Positions 46,544 to 56,458 of a DNA stretch of 64,000 nt are shown piece by piece; position 1 is the stretch's first letter; the number at the start of each line of letters is the position of its first letter. Origin of the DNA: Microcoleus sp. (GTDB lineage: Bacteria > Cyanobacteriota > Cyanobacteriia > Cyanobacteriales > Microcoleaceae); contig CP181291.1 in assembly GCA_052279835.1 (NCBI GenBank), forward strand, positions 5,216,001-5,280,000. Direction: 5' to 3'. Position numbers and translations under genes: made by a program. The notes beneath the pieces were generated by a model, which ran no database searches, was not told the DNA's origin, and was given only the letters and a program-made list of their open reading frames with translations.

Positions 46544-46846
46544 TTATTGGTAATAATGCCGATCGATCCAAGCGCGCATTTCATCATCCGTCGCGGCCCA
46601 TGTAGAGCGACCAGTCAAGGGATCGAAACCGTGCCACCAACTATTACCATCGCGATCGGCAGTCTGCCAAATTCTCAGTTTAGGCCCGCCCACAGCGGCG
46701 ACTAGCAAAAACTGTCCAATTTGATTCATAGCTGAAAAGAGCCATTGCCCTTGCGGTTTTTTAGCGGGTAAAGCTCGAAGGTCAATCCCAAAAAATCTCG
46801 ATGATTGGGATTTTTGCACTTTTTTATAAGTAGACATAGCCAACAC
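46544..46846 (-). CDS. Conserved cyanobacterial hypothetical protein
   Basis: IWQ..DR.GN.WWH.FDP.TGRS....E.RAWI..HYY motif. Confidence 0.7.
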   Translation of the reverse strand: MLAMSTYKKVQKSQSSRFFGIDLRALPAKKPQGQWLFSAMNQIGQFLLVAAVGGPKLRIWQTADRDGNSWWHGFDPLTGRSTWAATDDEMRAWIDRHYYQ

Positions 46847-47196
46847 CTAAGTAGTGTTAAATTTCACAAAATTTACAGGCTATATTGGCAAATATTACTA
46901 TTTTTTACTGCCAAATATAGACAACACAACTTTATGAAAATCAATCTGTTACCTCATGAATTAACCTTAACTCTTTGGTAATTGACAATCAAATCATTGT
47001 TTGCATAGATTGTATGAATAAAATCGATACTTCGATTTAGTTAGCTCAAGTCAAGGGGAAAAACCCCCGCTAATGCTGGCTTTGGGGGATGGGAGACCTT
47101 AGCGATCGAGGCGATGGGGGGGAGTTTTCCCTAGTATTAGTCTTCCATGGTCCGTCTAGGATTAAATACCCGGAGGCTCTCCCTCCCATGGCTGAT

Positions 47197-47314
47197 TACC
47201 AATTCCGGTTGTATCGGAATGATTAGAATGATTAAACCACAGAGGACACAGAGGACACAGAGAAAGAGAAAAGAGAAAAGAGAAATAATAATTCTGATGT
47301 CAACGGATTTGATA
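47197..47314. mobile_element. Short MITE-like element; inverted relative to copy at 63866-63996
   Basis: Ends TACCAATTCCGGTTGTATCGGAATGATT...ACGGATTTGATA match the reverse complement of the second copy. Confidence 0.75.
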
Positions 47315-47362
47315 TGATTACCAGTTCTCAATTCCCACTTGCTACTTTGCCTAATGTTTGTG

Positions 47363-48229
47363 TCAGCCTTCATCGGATTTTGATAACTGCCAAAGTTGGA
47401 TTTCATAACACAAATGCTGGTCAAAAAGTTTGCCTGCTGCCAATCCTTCAACTACCAATTTTTTGAACCAGCGACGAAATATCCAGCGCAAGAGTTTGTG
47501 TATGGGCGGAACTGCGATCGCAATTAAGTCTGCCACATAAATCATCGTGTTCAGTCCATACCTGCGGAAAGTATCGACATACAAATCAATTGTAGGCAAA
47601 ATATGAGCCGAAATATCCTCAGTTTTTACTAAACTGAATCCAGCCTGTTTTAAGGCTTCATGAAGTTCTGTAACAACATGACAATTAGAGAACATTCCCT
47701 CTTGATAATTAGCATCAGAGCGCAGCATATCGGCAAGCAACACGTAGCCACCAGGATTAAGGATTTTGGCGGCGCCGTTAGCAATATCAACGGCCGACAT
47801 ATATTGGCTACTTTCGCTAAAGAGGATTAGATCGTAGGATGTGGTTGCTTGGAAGTTTTCAAAGGTTGTGAGGTGGAAGATGGTGCGATCGCCTGTACAC
47901 TTGAGAAAGCGCTGTTGTTGAAATGGATCGGGTGCGAGTCCTTCGACTGCAAAACCGCGATCGAGCAAATAAGCCGCATTTCCCCCAATCCCACAGCCCA
48001 CATCCAGGATGCTATGAGTGCCTTGGGGAATGAAATCCAACAGTTTTACAGTATAAGCTTGCTGAGCGATACGTAATCGCGCGAGTGTTAGTTCATCCGC
48101 CGGCACAGGTAGGGTTTCCCAATAGCCATAGTGAAGATAGGGGGATTCTGTCAAGCCCAAATAGTAATTAAGCGCTGCATTTTGGTAGCGAGTTACGTTG
48201 GAAATTTCGATGGATTTTGGCTGGGACAT
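47363..48229 (-). CDS. Class I SAM-dependent methyltransferase (LHYGYW-type)
   Basis: LHYGYW, ILDVGCGIGG, YDLILFSESSQY, LNPGG. Confidence 0.88.
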   Translation of the reverse strand: MSQPKSIEISNVTRYQNAALNYYLGLTESPYLHYGYWETLPVPADELTLARLRIAQQAYTVKLLDFIPQGTHSILDVGCGIGGNAAYLLDRGFAVEGLAPDPFQQQRFLKCTGDRTIFHLTTFENFQATTSYDLILFSESSQYMSAVDIANGAAKILNPGGYVLLADMLRSDANYQEGMFSNCHVVTELHEALKQAGFSLVKTEDISAHILPTIDLYVDTFRRYGLNTMIYVADLIAIAVPPIHKLLRWIFRRWFKKLVVEGLAAGKLFDQHLCYEIQLWQLSKSDEG

Positions 48230-48248
48230 TGGAAAAATTCCGTAAGTT

Positions 48249-48689
48249 TTAGGGTTTCGGGCAGGGTTGAAATTCTTCCCAGCGGTTGCATACTTGTTCA
48301 TAGCACTCAACCGGCGAAATTGCCAAGTTTTGCAACAAATTGATATCTATGTGATTATTAGCAAGCAGTATAAAAATAATTGCTGTTTCAGGTTCGTAGG
48401 TAGCAATGATTTGAAACAGATTTGAAACCGTGTTTTCATCCAGTTCTAGTTGTTGTAAATAAGCAGTGGCGTGGCATTGGGAAACAAACTGCAAATCATA
48501 CTTTACAGTATCTACGCTCCAATTTATAGAGCCGTTAATGGGAGTATTAATTTCACAAACAACAACGCCTCTTCCTAGATGCCAAAAGCCATTCCAAGCA
48601 GTATATCCGATCGACAAAATATTCTGATGAATAAACAAGTTTTGCCAGTAACCAAAACTACCCTGCCAAACACTATCTTCGATTCGCAT
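48249..48689 (-). CDS. Hypothetical protein (146 aa), first gene after a cobalamin riboswitch
   Basis: Clean ORF, 19 nt upstream of the methyltransferase; AW.GF...GRGVVVC and YEPE motifs. Confidence 0.75.
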   Translation of the reverse strand: MRIEDSVWQGSFGYWQNLFIHQNILSIGYTAWNGFWHLGRGVVVCEINTPINGSINWSVDTVKYDLQFVSQCHATAYLQQLELDENTVSNLFQIIATYEPETAIIFILLANNHIDINLLQNLAISPVECYEQVCNRWEEFQPCPKP

Positions 48690-48844
48690 TTCTTTTAGTT
48701 TCCCGTTGCGCCGACACCAAGCAGTTTCAACTCGAAATTGCCTTTTTGTCGATCGTCCAAGGGAACGCAACAGCAGATTATTTGTAAAAATACTGAACTA
48801 ACCATCATCTATACCTCGCAGATGAAAAACATGATTGCCAACAA

Positions 48845-48962
48845 ATCGGCGGGCATCCTGACTCAGAGAAGCAATAATCTCATTACAGTTGCGGGACAGC
48901 GCCGGATTCGCACCGAACTTTCCCCCTTACGTCTGATGTGTGTTTGTCATCAGAGCCGATCG
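48845..48962 (-). ncRNA. Cobalamin riboswitch (copy 1)
   Basis: Minus strand GGGGAAAGTTCGGTGCGAATCCGGCGCTGTCCCGCAACTGTAA...GAGTCAGGATGCCCGCCG (B12 box); near-identical core to copy 2. Confidence 0.93.
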
Positions 48963-48972
48963 ATATACGGGG

Positions 48973-49001
48973 ATATTACCACTATTTTGAATATTTGACA
49001 A
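48973..49001 (-). promoter_or_regulatory. Sigma70-type promoter for the riboswitch transcript
   Basis: TTGTCA-17nt-TAATAT with extended TG, immediately upstream of the aptamer. Confidence 0.65.
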
Positions 49002-49032
49002 AAATAGCTCTTAAAAATTCAGCAGGCGGGCT

Positions 49033-49444
49033 TCATACAGCATTTGCTGTTTCACGTACAGATCGAATAAAATGAACTATCTCTTGCATAACTGAAGACA
49101 ATTGTAGAATCTCAATATCTTTATTAGTCAATCGATAGATAATTTCTGAGGGATCTCGAAAGTCTTTGCTTTCAACCAAACAAGACAGTCCAGATGAATA
49201 GACCCACACCATCAATTTGTTCGACTTTTTCCCCAAAGAGTTCCACGCTATAAGGCCATTTTACCTCTGCGCCATCAAGTTGAAATGCTCGTAAAACTAG
49301 GTACTCAAAGGCTTGGCCCGCGTCCCATCCTGGGGTGCTACGATTCTCGATATTGTCCCATAGAGTTCGTAAGCCATCCCATTGGAGCGATTGAATCATC
49401 CTTTCATAGTCTTTTGACGCAACCAAGTCTAATACTCCAAACAA
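49033..49444 (-). pseudogene. Truncated PD-(D/E)xK restriction-endonuclease-like gene; +1 frameshift at 49203-49205
   Basis: G.AFEYLV...EQIDG(V)VYSSGLSCLVESKD after removing one G; unrelated short tail after ESKDF. Confidence 0.6.
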
Positions 49445-49522
49445 CTACACGCTTCTAATATTGTATGTCACCACACTATCACATCTTGCTGTAGGCATAG
49501 CCCGATCGCCCTTTGCTACCTA

Positions 49523-49587
49523 TTTTCATAATATTTTCATTATCTTCGATTTTATGCTAGATTAAAAGAATGAAATAATTATGAAAA
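49523..49587. promoter_or_regulatory. Two ManR-like direct-repeat boxes upstream of mntC
   Basis: AATGAAAA-TAT-TATGAAAA (minus, 49523-49541) and AATGAAAT-AAT-TATGAAAA (plus, 49569-49587). Confidence 0.65.
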
Positions 49588-49593
49588 ATCAGA

Positions 49594-50571
49594 ATGAATC
49601 ATCAAGCATTATGCCGTAAAACCTATCAAATTGGTATAGTCGGGCTATTACTAGGAGTTTGGCTCAGCGGGTGCAGCAGTCCGACAACAGGGCCTCAAAC
49701 CAAGCAGAATGGCGATTCTAGCGCCACTGCTAGCGATTCGACCAAAAAAGATAAAAAAGTCATTCTTACCACCTTTACCGTCCTGGCAGACATGGCTCAG
49801 AACGTTGCGGGGGATAAGGCGATCGTCCAATCCATCACCAAGCCTGGGGCGGAAATTCACGGCTATGAAGTTACACCCAGCGACTTAAAACGCGGACAAA
49901 ATGCTAATTTGATTTTGGAAAACGGACTCAACTTAGAGCGCTGGGCAACCCGATTTTACAACAGTCTGCCCAAAGTTTCTCACATTACCCTCAGTGAGGG
50001 AGTCCCACCAGTAAATATTGCAGAAGATGCCTATCGCGGCAAACCGAATCCCCACGCTTGGATGTCGCCCAAAAATGCTGTAATTTACGTGGAAAATATT
50101 CGCAAGATATTAGGAAATCTCGATCCGGCTAATGCTGCAAGCTATAACGCGAATGCGGCAAAATACAGCGAGCAAATAAAGGCGATCGATGCCAAACTCA
50201 AACAAGCTATTTCAGCTATTCCCCCAGACAAACGCTACATAGTAAGCTGTGAAGGAGCTTTTTCTTATATCGCCCGCGATTACGGCTTAAAAGAAGTTTA
50301 CCTGTGGCCTGTTAACGCCGAACAACAAGCCACACCGAAACAAGTTGAACGGGTGATTAATACAGTCAAAGCTAACCAAATACCGGCTGTATTTTGCGAG
50401 AGTACCGTCAACAACAAAGCACAACTTCAGGTAGCAAAGGAAACAGGCGCAAAATTTGCCGGGGTGTTTTATGTCGATTCGCTGTCTCCACCCGATGGGC
50501 CCGCATCAACCTATCTTAAGTTACTTGAATATAACATCAATACTCTGATAAAAGGGTTACAGGGTAAGTAA
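49594..50571 (+). CDS. mntC: Mn/Fe ABC transporter substrate-binding lipoprotein
   Basis: Lipobox LSGC, EIHGYE, NPHAWMSP, EGAFSY, YVDSLS. Confidence 0.88.
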   Translation: MNHQALCRKTYQIGIVGLLLGVWLSGCSSPTTGPQTKQNGDSSATASDSTKKDKKVILTTFTVLADMAQNVAGDKAIVQSITKPGAEIHGYEVTPSDLKRGQNANLILENGLNLERWATRFYNSLPKVSHITLSEGVPPVNIAEDAYRGKPNPHAWMSPKNAVIYVENIRKILGNLDPANAASYNANAAKYSEQIKAIDAKLKQAISAIPPDKRYIVSCEGAFSYIARDYGLKEVYLWPVNAEQQATPKQVERVINTVKANQIPAVFCESTVNNKAQLQVAKETGAKFAGVFYVDSLSPPDGPASTYLKLLEYNINTLIKGLQGK

Positions 50572-50682
50572 GGAAGAAGGAAGAAGGAAGAAGGAAGAAG
50601 GAAGGATTCTCATACAGCAAGCTTTTTAGCCATCTGTATCTTACGTTTAATTAAGTAAAGTTACTTAAGGGAAATAAAAAAG

Positions 50683-51459
50683 ATGAATGAAATCGGCATT
50701 GATATTGAGAATGTGACAGTTGCCTATCATGGCAAAGTAGCTTTGCACAGCGCCTCGTTGCAACTTAAAGCAGGGACGATTTGCGGTTTGGTGGGGATGA
50801 ATGGCGCGGGAAAATCGACTCTGTTTAAGGCAATTATGGGGTTTGTCCACCCAAATACCGGACGAATTTTAATTAATGGGTTGCCGATTAGTCAAGTGCA
50901 AAAACGCAATCTGGTTGCCTATGTGCCTCAGTCGGAAGAGGTAGATTGGCATTTTCCGGTGAATGTTTATGATGTGGTAATGATGGGACGCTATGGGTAT
51001 ATGAATCTGCTGCGGATTCCTGGGGCGATCGACAAACAAGCCGTGCGAGAAAGTTTGGAAAGGGTGGAAATGTGGGATATGCGCGATCGGCAAATCGGAG
51101 AGTTATCCGGTGGACAAAAAAAACGCACCTTTTTTGCGCGGGCGCTGGCGCAACAGGGAACGGTTTTACTGTTAGATGAACCCTTTGCTGGAGTGGATAT
51201 CAAAACTGAGAAGATGATGATTAACCTGTTGATGGAACTGCGTCAAACAGGACATACAATTCTGGTTTCAACTCACGATTTAGAATCTATTACCACATTT
51301 TGCGACCAAGTAGTATTAATTAATCGCAGCATTCTCGCCTATGGTAACACCTCTGAAGTGTTTACAGAGGAAAATATTTCCCGCACTTTTGGGGGTGCTG
51401 TGGGGAGTTTTTCGTTTGCCAAAAATCGGTTAACTAAAGTCAATAGGGAGGAAAAATAA
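50683..51459 (+). CDS. mntA: Mn/Fe ABC transporter ATPase
   Basis: [32 protein letters not shown]. Confidence 0.88.
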   Translation: MNEIGIDIENVTVAYHGKVALHSASLQLKAGTICGLVGMNGAGKSTLFKAIMGFVHPNTGRILINGLPISQVQKRNLVAYVPQSEEVDWHFPVNVYDVVMMGRYGYMNLLRIPGAIDKQAVRESLERVEMWDMRDRQIGELSGGQKKRTFFARALAQQGTVLLLDEPFAGVDIKTEKMMINLLMELRQTGHTILVSTHDLESITTFCDQVVLINRSILAYGNTSEVFTEENISRTFGGAVGSFSFAKNRLTKVNREEK

Positions 51460-52316
51460 TGGATTTAATTCAGTGGTTTGCAGCACCTTTGCAGTATGAA
51501 TTCATGGTGAAGGCGATTTTAGTCAGCGCTTTAGTAGGGCTGGTTTGTTCGGCGCTTTCTTGCTACATGACTTTGAAAGGATGGGCTTTGATGGGCGATG
51601 CGGTTTCTCATGCGGTGATGCCGGGAGTTGTGATTGCTTATGTGTTGAATATCCCTTTGGCGGTGGGGGCTTTTGTATTTGGGGTGGGTTCGGTAATGGC
51701 GATCGGCTTTATTAAAGCCCAAACTCGCGTTAAAGAAGATACGGTAATCGGTTTAGTGTTTACGGGATTTTTTGCCTTTGGTTTGGTGTTAATTTCTAAA
51801 GTCAGAAGTTCGATAGATTTAACTCATATTTTGTTTGGCAATGTTTTGGGCATTTCGGATGCTGATATTACTCAGACTGTAATTATTAGTGTCATTACTT
51901 TAGTAACTTTGGCAATTTTACGCAAAGATTTAATTTTGTTTTGTTTTGACTCTACTCACGCGCGATCGATTGGTTTAAATATCACTTTTCTGTATTATGT
52001 GTTGCTGTCTTTGCTATCCCTGACGGCGGTGGCGGGACTTCAGACTGTGGGGATTATTTTAGTGGTAGCAATGTTGGTGACTCCGGGGGCGACGGCGTAT
52101 TTATTGAGTGATAATTTTGACCATATGACGTTAATTGCGATCGCCACTGGTGTCTTTTCTAGTGTGATGGGAACATATATCAGCTATTATATTGATGGTT
52201 CCACAGGCGGATGTATTGTGGTGCTACAAACGCTGCTGTTTGTATTAGCAATGATTTTTGCTCCCAAACATGGTTTATTAGTTAAAGCTCGGAATTCCCA
52301 AACCCTTGGCCAATAA
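51459..52316 (+). CDS. mntB: Mn/Fe ABC transporter permease
   Basis: GDAVSHAVMPG, DLTHILFGN, GIILV.AML.TPG. Confidence 0.88.
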   Translation: MDLIQWFAAPLQYEFMVKAILVSALVGLVCSALSCYMTLKGWALMGDAVSHAVMPGVVIAYVLNIPLAVGAFVFGVGSVMAIGFIKAQTRVKEDTVIGLVFTGFFAFGLVLISKVRSSIDLTHILFGNVLGISDADITQTVIISVITLVTLAILRKDLILFCFDSTHARSIGLNITFLYYVLLSLLSLTAVAGLQTVGIILVVAMLVTPGATAYLLSDNFDHMTLIAIATGVFSSVMGTYISYYIDGSTGGCIVVLQTLLFVLAMIFAPKHGLLVKARNSQTLGQ

Positions 52317-52343
52317 AGCAGGAATCAATTATATTTATTTCTT

Positions 52344-52462
52344 AGTCCGCGCAGGCGGACATTGTTTGTGTAGCAGCGGTTTCAACCGCCGAGTTCTGAA
52401 TTCTTTACTTCTTACTCTGGGCAGGCGGACATTGTTTGTGTAGCAGCGGTTTCAACCGCCGA
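52344..52462. repeat. Two tandem REP-like elements
   Basis: GCAGGCGGACATTGTTTGTGTAGCAGCGGTTTCAACCGCCGA twice. Confidence 0.9.
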
Positions 52463-52481
52463 TGGATCGACAGGAAACAAA

Positions 52482-53066
52482 CTATTCAGTAAACTCAATA
52501 TTTTCATACAAATCTGCCAGTGAAACCTCCACAGAAATAGAGTTTAACATCAGCCGATCGCCAATAACACCATATTCCGAAAAAATCCACTTATTCGCAT
52601 CAGTTTTGGAATATAGTTCAACCTGTAACCGATATTGGTCGATTAATAAATACTCCTGAAAACTAGGAATACTGCGATAGGCGGCAAACTTTTCATCTCG
52701 ATCGTAAGCTCTAGTGCCCTTAGATAGTACCTCAGCAATGAACACAGGATTGGTAATTGTATCTGTCCGTCCCGATTGCAACTCGACTGGTTTCGCCACC
52801 ACCATCACATCTGGATAAGTGTAATTATTAAGGTGGGGAATCCAAAGTCGCTGATCCGAACTAAAAGTCCGATATGGTTTCCCTTTTAACGTTAATTTCA
52901 GCGCCACAACTAAATTAGTAGTAATTTCATTGTGATTGGGTGTGCCACCAGCCATCAAAACAATCTCCCCATTGATAAATTCATGCCGATCTAGAGAATT
53001 GACTTCAGCTTCTAGATATTCTTCAGCCGTGTAGGTTGTGGTTTCAACTTGCGCGATCATATACAA
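52482..53066 (-). CDS. Uma2 family endonuclease
   Basis: HEFING...MAGG..NH, YPDVMV, EVLSKGT, EYLLIDQ. Confidence 0.92.
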   Translation of the reverse strand: MYMIAQVETTTYTAEEYLEAEVNSLDRHEFINGEIVLMAGGTPNHNEITTNLVVALKLTLKGKPYRTFSSDQRLWIPHLNNYTYPDVMVVAKPVELQSGRTDTITNPVFIAEVLSKGTRAYDRDEKFAAYRSIPSFQEYLLIDQYRLQVELYSKTDANKWIFSEYGVIGDRLMLNSISVEVSLADLYENIEFTE

Positions 53067-53210
53067 GGTTATCCTTTAATCTACTCATTTCAGTTTATCT
53101 TAAAAATCTGGTTAATTCAATCTAAAACTCGATTTATTCATATCATTACTTTGTGGAACAAGCCGGAAAGCCTGTTCCACAAAGAATGAGTCCGATCGCA
53201 CTTAGTCAAA

Positions 53211-54614
53211 TTACCGCAACGGCACAAAGTTGTAACCAGAGCTTCCTCCGAGTTTAACTTGTACTAAAATTGGTTTACCCGCGCGATCGCCCGTTGGCAA
53301 AAACCTCACATCATTACTTGCTCCCGATGCCAAGAAAATCTGGCTTTTGAGTGCTTGTTGTAAGCCTTCCCGCGTATTACTTTGCTTCAATCCCGCGATG
53401 ACAGCTTGAGTCGCATCAAAACTGGTTGCGGTGCGCCAATTTACTACTCCTCCCCACATCTGGCTGGCATTTTTGGGGAAAGTGCTACCTGGATTAGTGT
53501 CAGGATGCCAGGGAACAGGCAAAACTAGCCCGTCAACGCTCTTTTGCCCATCTTTTAAAGTTTGAAAGGTATACATTGTCGTGCTGCCGTAGAGTGGCAA
53601 TTTGCCTTGATTGGTGCGAGCCAAAGAAATCGCGCGATCGATGCGATCGATGTGGGGTGCTAACATCAATCCTTGTGCGCCTTTGCTGACAGCATCGGCG
53701 AGCACACTTTCGGGATTATAAGAAGGGACTGAAAAGTCGCAAACAGTAGGAACTAATTTGCCTCCCGCCGCAGTCAGAGCAGCCACAAATTCATCTTTAA
53801 ATGATATGTTATCCGGTGCTTGGGAGTCATAACAAACGGCAATATTAGTTTTGCCTGTTTTGACAGCATATTCTGCTAAGGGAGCCGCCATGATGCTAAT
53901 ATTGGGGACTGTCCGAAAGATGTAACTGCCAAATCCTGATAGGTTATTAGCAAAGCTAGTCGGTGTCACCATTACCAGTTTTTCTTGTTGATATATCGGA
54001 GCAGCTTCGAGAGATGCGTTGCTAGCATTGTGTCCAATTACTGCTAGTATAGTCGCATCTTGTGTCAATGTCTTGGCAACATCTCTGACAACTTCTTGAC
54101 TATTGTCATCGTTGACAATTTTTACTTGCAGTTGTGCGCCGTTTATGCCACCGCTAGTATTGATTTGCTCCTGAGCTTGGGCTACACCTCGGAGGATTTC
54201 TTGGGCGACATTGGGGTTGCTACCAATGGGGACGCTGACAGCAATTTTTAAGGAAGAACCACTGCTGGCTGTGGCGTTATTCAAATAAATAAGGGTTTCG
54301 GGATCGTTCCGATTTTGCTTCAGAGAAGCCTGAAATTTTTCAATAGCTTCTTTGTAATCTCCTTTGGCAAAAGCTGTAACGCCTGCTTGTTTTGCTGCTG
54401 TTGTTTGGGATGTCACCAATATCTGATTTCCTAAACTAATGCGAGTGGCGATCGCACCCGATGGACTCGCACCCGATTTAGATGTAGGTGTATCTGAACT
54501 TTTGGAACCAAATAAAGTTGGAAGGAATTTGGATGCGCCAAATCCAATTAAGCCTAAAATAATGATAAAAACAATGGGCGGCGGACTTTTTCTTTTGTTA
54601 GTATCTTGATACAT
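53211..54614 (-). CDS. Membrane-anchored LivK-type substrate-binding domain protein
   Basis: N-terminal TM, NDPETLIYLNN, EILRGVAQAQ, VIGHNAS, NWRTATSFDA. Confidence 0.85.
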   Translation of the reverse strand: MYQDTNKRKSPPPIVFIIILGLIGFGASKFLPTLFGSKSSDTPTSKSGASPSGAIATRISLGNQILVTSQTTAAKQAGVTAFAKGDYKEAIEKFQASLKQNRNDPETLIYLNNATASSGSSLKIAVSVPIGSNPNVAQEILRGVAQAQEQINTSGGINGAQLQVKIVNDDNSQEVVRDVAKTLTQDATILAVIGHNASNASLEAAPIYQQEKLVMVTPTSFANNLSGFGSYIFRTVPNISIMAAPLAEYAVKTGKTNIAVCYDSQAPDNISFKDEFVAALTAAGGKLVPTVCDFSVPSYNPESVLADAVSKGAQGLMLAPHIDRIDRAISLARTNQGKLPLYGSTTMYTFQTLKDGQKSVDGLVLPVPWHPDTNPGSTFPKNASQMWGGVVNWRTATSFDATQAVIAGLKQSNTREGLQQALKSQIFLASGASNDVRFLPTGDRAGKPILVQVKLGGSSGYNFVPLR

Positions 54615-54626
54615 AATTTATTCTCC

Positions 54627-54854
54627 TTATTGTTTAATTAATTTCCCATATATTCGGATATTGGGAGAAGCAAAGGACGCGATAGGAGTAGCGAATATTG
54701 TTAACATAATCAAACCAGCGGTATAAGTCAATTCATATAATTCATTACTTGATGTCATAAAAGTCATAATAAATGCTAGGCTGATGATGGCACTACAAGT
54801 AAGTGCGATCCACTTTGGTAAATTCATGTAGTTTCCTTGAGCTATCAGTAGCAT
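54627..54854 (-). CDS. Small hypothetical membrane protein (start uncertain)
   Basis: Two hydrophobic segments only. Confidence 0.35.
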   Translation of the reverse strand: MLLIAQGNYMNLPKWIALTCSAIISLAFIMTFMTSSNELYELTYTAGLIMLTIFATPIASFASPNIRIYGKLIKQ

Positions 54855-54977
54855 TTATCATCTACAACCAGACACATAGATGGCCAGAAACCGGGTTTTT
54901 GCGACACTACTTCGCGATAAACAACAAATTTGGAAAAACCCGGTTTCTTTGGTGGTGATGTGTAATTCCCGTTGATA

Positions 54978-55470
54978 TTAACCACCGCCGCCGCCACCGC
55001 CACCACCACCACCGCCACCACCACCACCACCGCCACCGCCACCGTCACCATCGCTAGTGCTAATAACTGGAATTACTTCTTCATACTCGTTATGATAAGA
55101 GCAGTTTCCACAGTGATGGGTAACATACCTCTCCGGTATTTATGGGCGCTTTACGACCCGCTGCAATGGCTTTCCAATAAACTAGAGTATTCCCGCCATC
55201 TAGCTGTAATCCACCTACTACGGGATATTTGATGACAAAAGTATGGGATTCTGGAGGTTTTAATTCATGTTGCCAGCGAATCCACAGTTGATTGTTTTCA
55301 ATCCCAGTGCTGCTAGGAATTATTTGATTGTTTTCGGCAACGGTTACATCTTTAATTTCATCGACCTTATCTAAAGGAATATAGCGGTAGCGTTCATTGT
55401 TGTATGCTGCTGTGAATACATATTTTTGGGTTTCTGTAACTAACATATCTCCGTTCGTCTGAACGACGAG
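54978..55470 (-). pseudogene. DUF2207-family remnant with internal deletion and poly-Gly tail
   Basis: VQTNGDMLVTETQKY...YWKAI, then in another frame HHCGNCSYH...DG(G)n* ending 54978. Confidence 0.7.
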
Positions 55471-55657
55471 CCGTTTATTAACCATATAATTTACACGGAA
55501 CAACTATTGATTGCAATTATTCAACAGTTTTGTTTTAAGGTCAATTCATATAATTCATTAATTATCTTCATAAAAATCATACGATCGGTGGCGATATTTA
55601 CTTGAATTATTGACTGGTTCCTAGGCAGAGGGTGGCCACGAGTATAATTTCATAAAT

Positions 55658-56458
55658 TTAGGGTCTGAATACTGCACTTAACCAAGTTAAAAGCGTGCAA
55701 CCAAACAACGCTTCCAATGTATATCTTCGCGAAGGTTTGTAAGGGGAAGAATGCCACACTCGCAGTTCTCCATTAAAGCCGCGCGAGACTAAACTCAATG
55801 AAACTTGACGGTAATTTACCAAAGTTCGCTGAAGTAATTGCCCGATTAAAATGCCTAAACTACGCATTCCTAGTTTCCAAGTGCGATAGCCACAGCGCGA
55901 GTTTTGGGCGATCCAAAGTTCATCGGCGATCGCCAATAAGCTAAAAATAAACCGATACATCAATAACAGCAATTCTGTCAACAACGGCGGAAACCGCAAT
56001 TGTCGGAGAATTTGCAAGGTTTCGGTAAATGGCACCGTCAACAAAATGAAATACATACAGCTTGTGGATGCCAAGGTGCGCGGGAATAACAGGCTCACTT
56101 GGTATAATCCAGTGTTGCTCACATACAGATAAAAATTGCCGATGCTAATCCCCCAACCTTGCCAAATATCCGCGTGTATTGCCTGGATTTGATTTAACTG
56201 AATTCCACCAATCACAAACGCAGGCAAACTTGTGAGCAAAAACATCAACGGTAGCGACAGCAAGCGCAGATAAAGTTTCCCTGGAATGCCTGCATAGATG
56301 ACGATCCAGACTGCTAACCAAAGGGCGATCGACAATTGGACGATCGCCCCAGAAACCAGAGACAGAATCAAAAGGGCGATCGCAAAGGATAATTTGTGAG
56401 TTGGCGGCAACCCGCGCAAACGATTAGTGTAAGCCAGACTATCAATCTGATGATTCAT
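55658..56458 (-). CDS. cbiQ: Cobalt ECF transporter T component
   Basis: IDSLAY.NRL, LMYRFIF, AQNSRCG, SRGF. Confidence 0.9.
   Translation of the reverse strand: MNHQIDSLAYTNRLRGLPPTHKLSFAIALLILSLVSGAIVQLSIALWLAVWIVIYAGIPGKLYLRLLSLPLMFLLTSLPAFVIGGIQLNQIQAIHADIWQGWGISIGNFYLYVSNTGLYQVSLLFPRTLASTSCMYFILLTVPFTETLQILRQLRFPPLLTELLLLMYRFIFSLLAIADELWIAQNSRCGYRTWKLGMRSLGILIGQLLQRTLVNYRQVSLSLVSRGFNGELRVWHSSPYKPSRRYTLEALFGCTLLTWLSAVFRP

Noticed and set aside
47000..47030. LysR T-N11-A box upstream of two small genes
   Set aside because: Motif too degenerate and no lysR gene nearby
54845..55232. Poly-Val and poly-Thr/Ala ORFs
   Set aside because: Alternative frames of the poly-Gly tract
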